NCBI GenBank assembly: GCA_963836185.1
Contig: CAWIIQ010000001.1
Coordinates: 1,472,001-1,536,000, forward strand
Origin: Candidatus Krumholzibacteriia bacterium
GTDB lineage: Bacteria; Krumholzibacteriota; Krumholzibacteriia; Krumholzibacteriales; Krumholzibacteriaceae
Direction: 5' to 3'
Length of the DNA stretch: 64,000 nucleotides
A model generated the notes under the pieces. It saw only the letters and a program-made list of their open reading frames with translations, was not told where the DNA came from and made no database searches. This document shows, in pieces, positions 9,148 to 21,025 of the stretch (positions within the stretch are counted from its first letter, which is position 1; each line of letters begins with the position of its first letter). The position numbers were made by a program, and so were the translations under genes.

Positions 9148-11791
9148 CTATTTGACCTTCTTGACCGAGTTCGTACCGCCGAAACCGTCCGGTTCCGTCC
9201 CTGTCGCAGCTGGATCCGGCAGTTTCTGCTTACGGTCGACAAGGAACTTATAGGAATAGGTTCCCGGCGGCAGCAGCACGGTGACGCTCCACATGCCGCT
9301 CCCTGAAAGCTTCATCGGCGCCGAATCGGGGGACCAGTTATTGAACTCACCGATAAGGGAGATCTCGGAGGCATCTGGATTATTGAGAGTGAAAGTGACC
9401 TCCCGTGCTTCACCGCTGCCGGAAGATGCTTTAGCGCCTGAGCCGCCCGTAGACTCGGAGACCCTGGCGAAATCTCTTACGACCGCGTCGACATCATTGC
9501 CTACCCCGGCCAGCGGCATTCCGTTCTCATCGCTGATCTCGAGCATGACCCTGTCAGGGAACTCACTCCACGCGGAGGAGAGTAGAATTGAATTTCGCCC
9601 CTCGCGGAGCATCGTTACGCCGCTCTTCGAAGATCCTGATGAAGAAGCGTCGAGAAGCGTGATCTCGTTCACCCAGAGATTCGATACGTTGTCAGACCTT
9701 ATCTTCCAGCTGACCTTGCGCCGCTTGTCCGATGTTATGACAGTGTAGAGGAGCATGCATCTGTCACTGCCGCTCCCGTACAATCTGTCCGGGATCACGG
9801 CTCCGTATTCATCGAAAGCTCCCTGCGGGATCCTGCTCCATCTCAATTCTCTGCCGCTGGAAAGAGTGTGACTGCCGTACAGGTCGCTTTGCAGTGAAGT
9901 AGCATTGTCTATGACCCATTCGCGGTTCGGAAGGGGGCCGAGATGCAGCCAGCGGACAGGCCTGACAAGCTCATCCTCAAATGCCGCGACGGTGCTTCCA
10001 TCGATCTTCACCGATATGGTGAAAGGATACCTTCCCGGGGGAAGAGTCTCCGGCGGATCTATCGTCAGGGGAAGAGTGGTGATGTCAGCGTTCTCCCTGA
10101 TCACGAACTTCGCGGGCAGTTCAGGAGTGCAGCCGAGATCGCTGTAGAAGATACCTTCGACTGATCCCTGTATAGGATGTTCCGTCCCGTATCGGACCGT
10201 TATGTTCAGAGGGAGAGCGCTGTCGCCGAGCCGCCTTCCTGCCGGGTAGTTGAGAGATATGTCATAACCGCTTGTAAGAATGACGCAGGCCCTCGAGTGG
10301 ATCTCGACCCTCTTGCCTCCGGTCATGAAATCGAAAAAGAGCGGAACCGGTTTCAGGCCAGGTTCGGTTCCGGGAGGGACGCCGAGTGAGCGCTGCCATG
10401 TGACTGGAGCGGCTCCCGGCTTCAGTTCTACAGATTCACCGGATTCCGTGAACTTCCACCTGTTTGAGCCGGTCTGCAGATAGATCCTCTCGATATCGAG
10501 CCGGATTCCTTCCGTCCACATGCGGGCCTCGAGATCGATCTTGCGCCCGGCCGGAATCGGCCTGTCAGGAAGCCGCACATCAGCGTGAAGGCTGTTTGTC
10601 CGGCTAAATTCATCCGAGCTGATCCTCTTCGCTTCCAGCAACTCTTCGGTTGAAGATGTGAATGCTTCCGCGATTCTTTTCTGCTCTCGCCTGGAAAGTC
10701 TGTCCCATCTGTATTCCTCGAAGATCTTCCATATGCGTTCGCCGTCCTCGATCGTCGAGTTGATCCCTGAAAAGGAGGCAAGCATCCTGTTGACTGTGGA
10801 TACCGCTTCGATGTGGGTCTCAAGATCGATCGTATCCCTCGAGAGCATCAGCCTCAGCGTGTCGAGTTCCGAGGACTGGATCTCGATACCGTCTTCGAGC
10901 ATCAGGCCGCTCTCTTCGAGGTATGCCGTGAGGTTTGTGAGGACGAAGAGTTCGTCGAGATCCGGGAAAGATCGTTCCTGAGACTTCATCACGATCGTTC
11001 CACAGCGACCGCCATTCTGCCGGGACCAGTGCGCCTCCGGAATGGTGAGGAAGTCTCTCGAGCCTTCCCTGAGGAAATCCTTCCGACCCTGTAAGAAGCG
11101 AGGTGAGCATCACCCGCGCGTCAGGATCATCCCACAGGGTCGGCGGCCCGCTGCCGCTTCTCGATGTCTCATGAAGGAGTCTCTCCGCTATCCGTGTACC
11201 TGTATCGACATCGATCCTTACGTCAAGGATGAGGGGAAGGAGCTGGCCTGGCAGATAGACTGGCGCGTATGATCCGTCGGATGAGACGGGCAGGAAGAGT
11301 CCGTTGGTATGGTCGAAGAAATAATCGGTGATCGCGGTGATATAGTCGCGTGAGAGTTTTCTCAGTTCGATCGCTTCTATGCGATGGCCGGCCGCGGACG
11401 CTATCAGGGAGAGTGAGTGAAGGTCCAGTGCGGCGAGAGTATTCAGGCCCGGGCAGACCGCCCCGGAGGTCCTGTCGTCGAGCCAGTATCCGGAGATAAA
11501 ATTATTAGCTGTTGAGCGCTCATCAGAGAAGTATCCCATCACCGTTTCGTCGATGACCGGGAAGAGTTCCGTGAGGAGGTATGGATCGTCATTGAAGAGG
11601 AGCCAGGCTACGGTCGCTGTAACGGGCGCCTTCTTCAGGGTGGCCAGGGGATGGTTATCCGGAATGGCGGATGCATCACTGCCGCTCCGGAGATAACCAG
11701 CCATCTGCTGTTTAAGCGCTGCCGTTCCGTTTCCAAGAGATACCCCGGGAAGCAGAATCAATAATATCAGTGTCAATACAGCTTTACGCAT
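9148..11791 (-). CDS. Large secreted protein: helical (glycosidase-barrel-like) N-terminus, beta-sandwich modules and C-terminal CBM48/AMPK-type glycogen-binding domain; frameshift near 10962
   Basis: Signal MRKAVLTLILLILLPGVSLG; ORFs 10820-11830 and 9148-10992 join at IFP|DLDEL; C-terminal LIGEFNNW..GMWSVTVLLPPGTYSYKFLVD..DGFGGTNS. Confidence 0.65.
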
Positions 11792-11902
11792 GGCATAATC
11801 CGCCCTCGGTATCCGCCCGAATGGCGGCACCGGGCCGGCAATTTAATATTGACAGCAACCTATATGCCATCTTTAATAGCGGTTCGGAGAAAGGAGTAAA
11901 TA

Positions 11903-12685
11903 ATGTCTTTTGAATGCATTAAGGTAGAAAAGTCTGGCGGGATAGCTACAGTTTCCCTGAACAGGCCGGATAAGCTCAACGCGTTGAATATTAATACGAT
12001 AAAGGAGCTTATCGAGGCGTTCACCGATCTGAGGGATGACGATGAGGTCAAGGTCGCCGTTCTGACAGGTGAGGGAGGGAAATCGTTCGCCGCCGGGGCC
12101 GATATACCTGAACTTTCGGGCCAGGGACTCGTCGGCGGCAAGGTGTTTTCAGAACGCGGACACCGTCTGTGCAATCTCATAGAGAACCTTGGCAAGCCCG
12201 TTATAGCAGCTGTGAACGGCTTCGCGCTAGGCGGGGGCTGTGAGATCGCCATGGCCTGCACGCTGAGGATAGCCGGCGACAGGGCGAGGATGGGGCAGCC
12301 GGAGATAACTCTCGGCACGATCCCGGGTTATGGTGGTACGGTCAGGCTTGCCAGGCTCGTTCCCAGGGGAATAGCGATGGAACTGATGCTGACCGGCAGG
12401 GTAATAAGGGCTGAAGAAGCCCTTGCGATCGGGCTGGTCAACAAGGTCGTACCTCAGGATGACCTGACCGATGAGGTCATGAAACTGGCCGGGGTCCTGA
12501 TGAGCAAGCCGCCGTTTGCCGTCAAGGCGATCATGGAGGCTGTAAACCACGGTACCGAAATGGCTTTCGAGGAAGGGTGCAGGCTGGAGCAGGACCTCTT
12601 TGCGATCACATGCGGTACCGAGGATTTCAAGGAAGGGATGAGCGCCTTCCTGGAGAAGCGTGACGCGGAGTTCAAGGGGCGCTGA
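11903..12685 (+). CDS. Enoyl-CoA hydratase (crotonase)
   Basis: LNRPDKLNALN, FAAGADI, GFALGGGCE, GQPEITLGTIPGYGGT. Confidence 0.92.
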   Translation: MSFECIKVEKSGGIATVSLNRPDKLNALNINTIKELIEAFTDLRDDDEVKVAVLTGEGGKSFAAGADIPELSGQGLVGGKVFSERGHRLCNLIENLGKPVIAAVNGFALGGGCEIAMACTLRIAGDRARMGQPEITLGTIPGYGGTVRLARLVPRGIAMELMLTGRVIRAEEALAIGLVNKVVPQDDLTDEVMKLAGVLMSKPPFAVKAIMEAVNHGTEMAFEEGCRLEQDLFAITCGTEDFKEGMSAFLEKRDAEFKGR

Positions 12686-12725
12686 CCCGGTCCGGGCCGT
12701 GGCAGAGGTTTTGCAGTAAAGGACA

Positions 12726-12754
12726 TTGAAAAATAGACTGTCACCTATTAGATT
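12726..12754 (+). promoter_or_regulatory. Sigma70-type promoter for tRNA-Leu/tig
   Basis: TTGAAA-17nt-TAGATT. Confidence 0.55.
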
Positions 12755-12842
12755 AAGCGTTACGCAGTGAGGCGTCGATTTTCGCGTGATGCGCGTTTGC
12801 GTTGGAACCTCCTGTAATAAAATCGCTTATATGTATGGTTAT

Positions 12843-12928
<86 letters not shown>

Positions 12929-12981
12929 GGGTGAAAAAATTACCGGCAGGTGGATGATTAACGACTGCCGGAGAGGAAAAA

Positions 12982-14302
12982 ATGACTGAAGAGCAAGGCA
13001 TGGAAGGGATAAGTGTAGAGGTCACTGAAGGCGGAGATTGCCGCAGGACGTTACTGATCGAGCTCGAACCCGGACTTCTCGCTGACGAGAAGGGAAAGAT
13101 CCTCGCTGACTTCGCGAAGGATGTCACTATTCCGGGGTTCAGGAAGGGGAAAGCGCCGAAGGATGCCATCCGCCAGCGCTTCGCCGATGAGATCGAGACA
13201 GAGGCGATCAAGTCCATTCTGCCGGATGCTTATGCCCATGCAGTCTCATCGGAGAAGCTGCGTCCGATAGGCGATCCCGTATTCAGGGATATTTCCGTCG
13301 AGGACGATAAGCCGATGAAGTTCAAGGTCGAGCTCGAGGTCGAACCGGTCATCGAGCTCAAAGAGTACAAAGGCATCAAGGTTGATAAGGACGAGGTCAA
13401 GGTCGACGACGAGGAAGTCGACAGGGTCCTCGAGAGCCTCAAGGAGCGCTACGCCGATTACGAGCCTGTCGACAGGGAAGCCGCGACATCAGATGTCGTG
13501 GTGCTCGAGTACATTCCGTCCGGTGATGACGGAGAACTCGATGAGTCGAAGAAGGTAGCGGACTATCCGGTGCAGCTTGGCGCGGGACAGCTCTTTCCGG
13601 AGTTCGAGGAAGCGGTCATAGGCAAGAAATCCGGTGAGACAGGCGAAGCTGTAGATAGCGTATCCGGATGATTACAAGCCCGAGCGCCTTGCCGGACAGA
13701 AGGTAAGGTACAGCTTTACCGTCAAAGAGGTGAAGGAGAAGAAACTTCCCGAGCTCAACGATGAGTTCGCTTCTACGGTCGATGAGAAGTTCACGAGCCT
13801 CTCCGATCTGCGCGAGGATATAAGCAGCCGCATGAAGGAAGAGAAAGAAGAGGAGGCGCGGCGGAAGATGGAAGAATCCGCCATCGACAAGATCCTCGAG
13901 GACAATTCCTTCGATGTGCCGGCCACGATGATCGACCGGTACAGGAGCGAGCTCGCGAAAGAGGATGAGAAGCGCAGAAATATGGCTGGTGTGGAAGTGG
14001 AAGAGGATGAGGCGAAGAAAAAAGAGATAGAAGAGCTTTTCGACAGGATCGCACGCAGGAGCATAAAGAGATTTTTCCTCATCGACCATATCGCCGGTCT
14101 CGAGGGTATAAAGATCACCGATGCTGAAATGGAAGCGGAGATCGATCGTATCGCGGCCGGAAGCGGCAGGCCTTTAGAAGAGATACGCCCCTATTTCGAG
14201 AAGGGCGGAGAGCAGAGAAGGAACCTGATGGGCAGGATCAGGGAGCGAATGGTATTCGACCTGATCCTCGGGCGTGAATCCACCCCAAAGGAGAATGACT
14301 GA
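12982..14302 (+). CDS. tig: Trigger factor; +1 frameshift near 13653
   Basis: [10 protein letters not shown]; FKBP domain ([19 protein letters not shown]); [14 protein letters not shown]; position upstream of clpPX. Confidence 0.92.
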
Positions 14303-14922
14303 TGTCAGAAGAGAAGCTGATCAAGAGCGCGGCGATTCCGTACGTGATCGAGACCAAAGGACGCGAGGAGAGGGTCTACGACATCTACTCGCGGCTGCTC
14401 AAGGACAGGATCATATTCATCGGTTATCCGATCGAGGATATGATGGCTAATTCCATCATCGCACAGCTGCTCTTCCTCGAAGCTGACGATCCTGAGAGGG
14501 ATATCTTCATATACGTCAACAGCCCCGGTGGTGTAGTCTCTGCCGGACTGGCGATATACGACACCATGCAGTATATTTCATGTGACGTGGCGACGATCTG
14601 CATGGGCCAGGCGGCAAGCATGGGAGCGATTCTGCTTGCCGCGGGTACAAAGGGTAAGAGATCTGCCCTTCCTCACGCACGTGTTATGATCCACCAGCCT
14701 TCTGGCGGATCGCAGGGTCAGGCAAGCACGATAGAGATCTATACGAAAGAGATCCTGAAACTCAAGACGAGGCTCAATGAGCTGCTTGCCAGCCACACCG
14801 GACAGAGCCTGAAAAAAGTCGCAAAGGATACTGACAGGGATTATTTCATGTCGGCCGAGGAAGCGCTCGAGTACGGACTCATCGACAACGTGCTCCATTC
14901 GAAGAGCGATCTTAAGAAGTAA
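14302..14922 (+). CDS. clpP: ATP-dependent Clp protease proteolytic subunit
   Basis: [30 protein letters not shown]. Confidence 0.98.
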   Translation: MSEEKLIKSAAIPYVIETKGREERVYDIYSRLLKDRIIFIGYPIEDMMANSIIAQLLFLEADDPERDIFIYVNSPGGVVSAGLAIYDTMQYISCDVATICMGQAASMGAILLAAGTKGKRSALPHARVMIHQPSGGSQGQASTIEIYTKEILKLKTRLNELLASHTGQSLKKVAKDTDRDYFMSAEEALEYGLIDNVLHSKSDLKK

Positions 14923-14949
14923 CGGGCCGCAGGGAAGGTCAACTACCTG

Positions 14950-16200
14950 ATGAAGAAGAAATCACAGTCTCCGAGAGCTATAAAGTGCTCCTTCTGCGGA
15001 CGCGGCCAGGACGAGGTGGCCAAGCTCGTCTCCGGACCGAGCGTCTATATCTGCAACGAGTGCATCCGCCTCTGTAACGAGATCCTCGAGGAGGAGATGG
15101 CCGGCTCCGTCATGTTCGACGACGACCATTTTCCCAAGCCGAAAGAGATCAGGGAATATCTCGACAGTTATGTGATCGGGCAGGACAGGGCCAAGGTCAC
15201 ACTGTCAGTCGCTGTGTACAACCATTACAAGCGGATCAGGCACGAGAGAAGCACTGACGATATCGAGATAGATAAGAGCAACATCCTGATGGTCGGCCCG
15301 ACCGGAGTCGGAAAGACGCTGCTCGCGCAGACTCTTGCCCGGTTCCTCAAAGTCCCGTTCGCCATAGCAGATGCGACAAGCCTTACCGAGGCGGGATATG
15401 TGGGTGAGGATGTCGAGAATATCCTCGTACGGCTGCTGCAGAGCGCCGACTATAATCTTGCCTGGGCGGAGCGCGGTATAATCTATATCGACGAGCTCGA
15501 CAAGATCGCCCGAAAGAGCGAGAATCCTTCGATAACGAGGGATGTCTCGGGAGAGGGTGTTCAGCAGGCTCTTCTGAAGATCCTCGAGGGAACTGTAGCC
15601 AACGTTCCGCCGCAGGGTGGGCGAAAGCATCCCCAGCAGAAGTTCATCGAGGTGGACACGAAAAACATCCTCTTTATCTGCGGCGGTGCTTTCCAGGGTC
15701 TCGAGGAGATCGTGGAGAGGCGGATCGGCCGCAAGGTCGTCGGTTTCGGAGCCGATCGCGGGCCTGGTTACCGTAAGGAAATCAATGAGATAATGAAGCA
15801 TACTCAGCCCGAGGATCTGATCAAGTTCGGGCTTATTCCCGAGCTGGTCGGCAGGCTTCCCATCGTCGCTCCGCTCCAGGATCTCGACGAGGTGGCACTG
15901 ATCGACATCATGCTCAAGCCGAAGAGCGCGTTGGTCAAGCAGTACAAGAAGCTTTTCGACATGGAGGACGTGGAGCTCGAGTTCACTCCCGGTGCTCTGA
16001 AATCTATCGCCAAGCTCGCGATGGAACGAAAGACAGGAGCGAGAGGATTGAGAGCCATACTCGAGGATACTATGCTGACGATCATGTACGACATCCCCTC
16101 GAGACCGGAAGTCAGCAAGATACTGATCAAAGAGGAAACGATCCTGAACAGGGACGAGCCGGAGATCTTCCTCGAGAAGGAAAAACAGAAAAGGGCATAG
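14950..16200 (+). CDS. clpX: Clp protease ATP-binding subunit
   Basis: CSFCG..CNEC zinc finger, [27 protein letters not shown] loop. Confidence 0.98.
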   Translation: MKKKSQSPRAIKCSFCGRGQDEVAKLVSGPSVYICNECIRLCNEILEEEMAGSVMFDDDHFPKPKEIREYLDSYVIGQDRAKVTLSVAVYNHYKRIRHERSTDDIEIDKSNILMVGPTGVGKTLLAQTLARFLKVPFAIADATSLTEAGYVGEDVENILVRLLQSADYNLAWAERGIIYIDELDKIARKSENPSITRDVSGEGVQQALLKILEGTVANVPPQGGRKHPQQKFIEVDTKNILFICGGAFQGLEEIVERRIGRKVVGFGADRGPGYRKEINEIMKHTQPEDLIKFGLIPELVGRLPIVAPLQDLDEVALIDIMLKPKSALVKQYKKLFDMEDVELEFTPGALKSIAKLAMERKTGARGLRAILEDTMLTIMYDIPSRPEVSKILIKEETILNRDEPEIFLEKEKQKRA

Positions 16201-16248
16201 AGCCTCGCCGGCACGTTTTATATAGTATTACCCCATTGACGGAGAATA

Positions 16249-18661
16249 GTGAACAGTATGGACGACAGCATCAAAGATACGCCCGATACCATCCTGCCCA
16301 TGGTCCCACTGCGGGACGTCGTGGTCTTTCCGTCCACGACGACAGCCATACTTGTCGGCAGGCAGCCGTCGATCAACGCGGTGGAAAGGGCGATCGAGAC
16401 AGACAAGGTCCTCCTTGTCGTCACGCAGAAGGATCCTTCTGATAACGAACCAGGACCGGAAGGGTTGTATCCCGGTCGGCACGATCGTGCGGATAGGTAT
16501 TTTCCTGAGGCTGCCCGACGGGACCCTCAAGATCATGCTGGAGGGACTCACCAGGGTCAGGATCAACGAGTACGTCGAGATGGATAACTATCTCGGCGCG
16601 AGGGTCGAGCCTTTCGACGAGGCCGAAAGTATGACCAAAGAGGTCGAGGCGTTGTCGCGTAAGGTCGAGGCCCAGTTCGAAGAGTACGTGAAGCTGAATC
16701 AGAGGATCCCCAACGAGGTCATGCTCTCGCTTCAGGCTCTCGATGACAGGTCGACCCTGGCGGACACCGTCGCGGCGCATCTGCAGGTGAGAAACGAGCT
16801 CAAGCAGGAACTGCTGGAGACGACAGGCCTGGAAGATCAGCTCTTGTTTATAAGCCGTACTCTCCTCGAGGAACTGGAGATGCTCCGGCTCGAGAAGAAC
16901 ATAGATGACAAGGTCACAAGCCAGGTGACGAAGAACCAGAAGGAACTCTTCCTTCATGAGAAGATGAAGGCGATCCGCAGCGAGCTCGGGCACGGCGACG
17001 AGGCCGACATGTTCGAGGATCTCGAGAAGAAGATCAAAAGAGCGCGTATGTCCAAGGATGCCCAGAAAATCGCCTGGAAGGAGCTCGAAAGGCTCCGGAT
17101 GATGTCGATGATGAGCCCCGAGGCGACAGTCGTGCGAAATTATATCGACACGCTCGTCGCACTCCCGTGGAAGAAACGGACTAAGGACAATCTCGACATA
17201 AATGACGTCAAAAAGAGACTCGATGACGATCACTACGGTCTCGACAAGGTGAAGGAAAGGATCCTCGAGTTCCTCTCGGTCGTAAAGCTCGCCGGTAAAC
17301 TCAAGGGCCCTATTCTCTGTTTTGTCGGTCCTCCGGGAGTCGGCAAGACCTCTCTGGGGCGTTCGATAGCCGATGCGACGGGGCGCAAATTCGTGCGCGT
17401 TTCCCTCGGTGGTACGAGGGACGAAGCGGAGATCAGGGGGCACAGGCGGACCTATATCGGATCGATGCCCGGCCGCATCATCCAGGGGCTCAAGAAAGCC
17501 GGTTCGCGCAATCCCGTATTCCTGCTCGATGAGATCGACAAGCTCAGCAGCGATTTCAGAGGAGATCCGTCGTCGGCGCTTCTCGAGGTTCTCGATCCCG
17601 AACAGAACAGTCATTTCAGCGATAACTACCTCGAAGTGGATTTCGACGTAAGCGAGGTCATGTTCATCACGACGGCTAACGTGATCTACTCGATTCCGCC
17701 GGCATTGCAGGACAGGATGGAGATCATTCGCCTGCCCGGTTACCTTCTCCATGAGAAGATCAAGATCGCCCAGAAATTCCTTCTGCCGAAGCAGATGGAG
17801 CAGCACGGGATAAAGCCCGATCAGCTTACGATCTCCGAGGCTACTATGAAGGATGTCGTAAGGCAGTATACCCGTGAGTCGGGCGTGAGAAACCTCGAGA
17901 GAGAACTCGCATCTATCTGCCGAAAGGTCGCCAAGAAGCTCGCCTCGGAGGAGAAGACCGGGAAGATAAGGATCACAAGGACGAACATCGAATCGTACCT
18001 CGGGATACCCAAGTTCACTGAGAGTGAGATCGACTCGAAGCTGGCGGTCGGGGTCGCTACTGGACTCGCCTGGACCGAGGCGGGAGGGGAGATCCTCAAT
18101 ATCGAGGTGACCCTGATGCCCGGAAAGGGAGAGTTGATACTTACCGGGCAGCTCGGAGACGTGATGCAGGAGTCAGCCCGGATCGCGATGAGCTATGCGA
18201 GAAACAAGTCGCGGATGCTGAAGCTCGAGAACGACATCTTTTCGACGGTAGATGTGCATGTGCACGTTCCCGAGGGGGCTATACCGAAGGACGGCCCCAG
18301 TGCGGGTATCGCGATCGGTACGGCTCTCGTTTCGGCATTCTTCGACATCCCGATCAAGAGGGACGTCGCCATGACAGGTGAGCTTACTCTTCGAGGCAAG
18401 GTGCTTCCCATCGGCGGGATCAACGAGAAGTCGGTCGCCGCGCTGAGAGCTGGAGTGAAGACTATCCTCCTGCCTAAGGGAAACGAGAAGAACATCAAGG
18501 AGCTCCCCGAAGAGGTCAAAAAGAAGATGAAGATAATCGTCGTCGACAACATAGAGGATGTCCTGAAGAACGCATTATCCAAGCAGCTCGAGTGGGGCGT
18601 CAGGCATCGCGGCAAGATCGGCGGCTTCTTCAACGATTCCGAGCCGAAGCAGGCTAACTGA
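16249..18661 (+). CDS. lon: Lon protease; +1 frameshift near 16472
   Basis: PLRDVVVFP, GPPGVGKTS, LLDEIDK, PKDGPSAG. Confidence 0.95.
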
Positions 18662-18664
18662 CCG

Positions 18665-19288
18665 ATGAAGATCAGATCACTCGAGCTTGAATCCACTGTT
18701 CTCGATCATTCGGAATTCCCCGGATCGGGGATGCCTGAAATCGCGGTCTCCGGCCGTTCCAATGTCGGCAAATCATCCGTGCTCAATCTCCTTTTCAACA
18801 GGAAGAACCTCGCCCGCACGAGCAGGGAGCCAGGCAAGACGAGGACCGTGAATTTCTTTCTGATAAATGAAAGCTTCTACCTCGTGGATCTGCCCGGGTA
18901 CGGGTACGCGAAGGTGTCCAAAGTACAGAGAGATGCCTGGCAAAGGGTTATCGCTGGGTACATCAAGCACAGGGAGACCCTTTCAGGGGTCATCCAGCTG
19001 GTCGATTCACGCCATGATCCTACGAAAGACGACCTGATGCTCTTCCAGGGGCTGATCGATGCCGAGAAGGATTTTCTTGTAGTCCTTACAAAATCGGACA
19101 AGATCAAGAGATCCCATAGAGCGGCGAAGATCGCAACGCTCAGATCGTACTTTGCAGGCATAAGCGTGGGACCCGCTGGCGGCAGGGATGAGGACGGGGA
19201 GCCGTTCGAGGTGCCGTTCGTCTTCTCCTCGGCCGTTACAAGGGAAGGAAAGGACGAGATCTGGAAATGGATCGAAGAGAGGATCTGA
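18665..19288 (+). CDS. engB: Ribosome biogenesis GTPase YihA/EngB
   Basis: GRSNVGKSS, PGKTR, DLPGYGY, TKSDK. Confidence 0.95.
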   Translation: MKIRSLELESTVLDHSEFPGSGMPEIAVSGRSNVGKSSVLNLLFNRKNLARTSREPGKTRTVNFFLINESFYLVDLPGYGYAKVSKVQRDAWQRVIAGYIKHRETLSGVIQLVDSRHDPTKDDLMLFQGLIDAEKDFLVVLTKSDKIKRSHRAAKIATLRSYFAGISVGPAGGRDEDGEPFEVPFVFSSAVTREGKDEIWKWIEERI

Positions 19289-20400
19289 TACTTCTCACAC
19301 CCGGCCCGGTACACATCGACTCGAGGCGCTTTGCCGCTTTGCCCCCGATGCATCACAGAACAGGACGTTTCCGCGAAATGGTGATCGAAACAGGCCGCAT
19401 GATCGGAGATCTGTGCGGCACCCGGGGAACGGCATTCCTCTTTGCCGCGTCGGGCACGGGAGCAATGGAAGCGATCGTGGCGAATGTGGCGCATCCCGGA
19501 GCGAAGGTCCTCGTCATCGAAGGCGGGAAGTTTGGACGCCGATGGGGAGAGATAGCGCGAGCGTTCGAATGTGAAGTCGATCTTCTCCAGTTCAGCATGG
19601 GTGAAAGTGTGGATCCCACGCTGGTGGCAGAGCGGGTGGAGAAGTCTTCCCCTGACCTTATCGCCCTGACACATGTCGAATCATCGACCGGCCTGCGGCT
19701 GGATCTTGAAGGGATCCTTTCCGCGCTGCCCGACAGGCGGCCGCTGATAGCTCTCGATGCCATCGCTTCGGCGGGATCTGAGAAGATCATGATGGATCAG
19801 TGGGGGATAGATGTTCTTGCCGGAGCGGGGCAGAAGGCACTGGCGGCCCCGGCAGGTGTGAGTTTCGTAATTGCAGGGCCGAGGGCGATGGAGGCTGCAT
19901 CAAGGAATCCGAGGCCCGGATTCTACTTTTCTTTTGACAGGTACGGCGAGGGGATGAATACAGGTGACACTCCATTTACGCCAGCCGTGCATTCGGTGCA
20001 GCTGCTGCACGGGTCTCTGGAAAGTATCCGGGATGCCGGTATGGACGTGGTGCTCGGCAGGCACGAGGCATCTTCAAACGCCCTGTCCAGCGCTTTTGAA
20101 ATACTCGGGATGAGATCGTTCCCTGATCCTTCCCTCGAGATCGGTCCAGGCTTTTCTTCCGCCGGAAGGTATTTCATGTGAAGCAGTTATAGCCTTCCTC
20201 GGCGAAAAGCACGGAATCATTATAGCCGGGGGGCAGGATGAGATGGCCGGGCGGATAATCAGGACGGGATTCCCCGGGATATACAGCGGCCGGGTGCTCG
20301 AAAGGCTTGTCATCGGTCTAGCCGAATCTCTCGGTGCGGGGGATGCGGATGAGGCTCTTGTTCCCCTTGATCCGGTCAGGGACCTGCCGCCCCTTTTTAG
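19267..20400 (+). CDS. Class V PLP aminotransferase (serine-pyruvate/alanine-glyoxylate type); frameshift near 20128
   Basis: LLTPGP, SGTGAME, HVESSTG, DAIAS, GQKAL; shifted frame continues IAGGQDEMAGRIIRTG to TAG at 20400. Confidence 0.85.
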
Positions 20401-20406
20401 CGCCCC

Positions 20407-20435
20407 TTGACATAAATGCTTGTCACTGCTATAAT
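20407..20435 (+). promoter_or_regulatory. Consensus sigma70 promoter
   Basis: TTGACA-17nt-TATAAT, followed by AAGGAGGT RBS. Confidence 0.8.
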
Positions 20436-20456
20436 TTGTCTAGTAAGGAGGTGCGG

Positions 20457-20885
20457 TTGAGTCCAAAGCTAAAGCGCCGTGGTCTCATCACGCTTGTAGT
20501 GTGTATCGGGGCATTCACCTCGGGCGCACTGCTCAGCAGCGAGACCTTCATGTCAAAACTCCCCGTATACGAACGCTACAAGTGCGCTTTGTGCCATACT
20601 GTATCCGAGCCTGTTACAGGAAACGCACCTCTCAATACTTTCGGCACCGAATTCCACGCGAACGGAGACAAGTGGGACAATACCCTGGCCGCGAAGGATT
20701 CGGATCAGGACGGATTCTCAAACGGATTTGAGCTCGGTGACGAAGATGGCGATGGGACCTCGACGGTAACCTCAGAAAGAAGCAATCCCGGCGATCCTTA
20801 TGACAGTCCCAGTTCTCTCGATGAGAGGTCCTGGGGTATCATCAAGAAGCTTTTTACCGATGAGCAGAAGCGCAGTATGATGTGA
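20457..20885 (+). CDS. Secreted temptin-like protein with CxxCH haem-c motif and Ca-binding DxDxDG loop
   Basis: TTG start after AAGGAGGT; signal/TM segment; CALCH; NTFGTEF..NGDKW..DSDQDGFSNGFELGD; tail SWGIIKKLF. Confidence 0.7.
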   Translation: MSPKLKRRGLITLVVCIGAFTSGALLSSETFMSKLPVYERYKCALCHTVSEPVTGNAPLNTFGTEFHANGDKWDNTLAAKDSDQDGFSNGFELGDEDGDGTSTVTSERSNPGDPYDSPSSLDERSWGIIKKLFTDEQKRSMM

Positions 20886-20908
20886 TCGGTTCCTGGAGAA
20901 TCCGCAGG

Positions 20909-20930
20909 ACCGCCGGCAGGCGGTTTTTTT
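20909..20930 (+). terminator. Rho-independent terminator
   Basis: ACCGCC-GGCA-GGCGGT followed by a T run. Confidence 0.8.
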
Positions 20931-21025
20931 ATGTCCCGAATGAGATATAAATCGGTTGCGGACAATCATTTCATTACATAAACTACAAGTCGATGCCCCT
21001 ATACTGAATAGACAGGAGTAACAGA

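Noticed and set aside
8221-9155. Novel C-terminal domain on the 716-aa FeoB ORF
   Set aside because: Out-of-frame read-through. The true membrane domain is ORF 8233-9132.
13640-16480. Programmed frameshifting or pseudogenisation of tig and lon
   Set aside because: No slippery heptamer with a stimulatory structure was seen, and the same indel pattern affects many unrelated genes.
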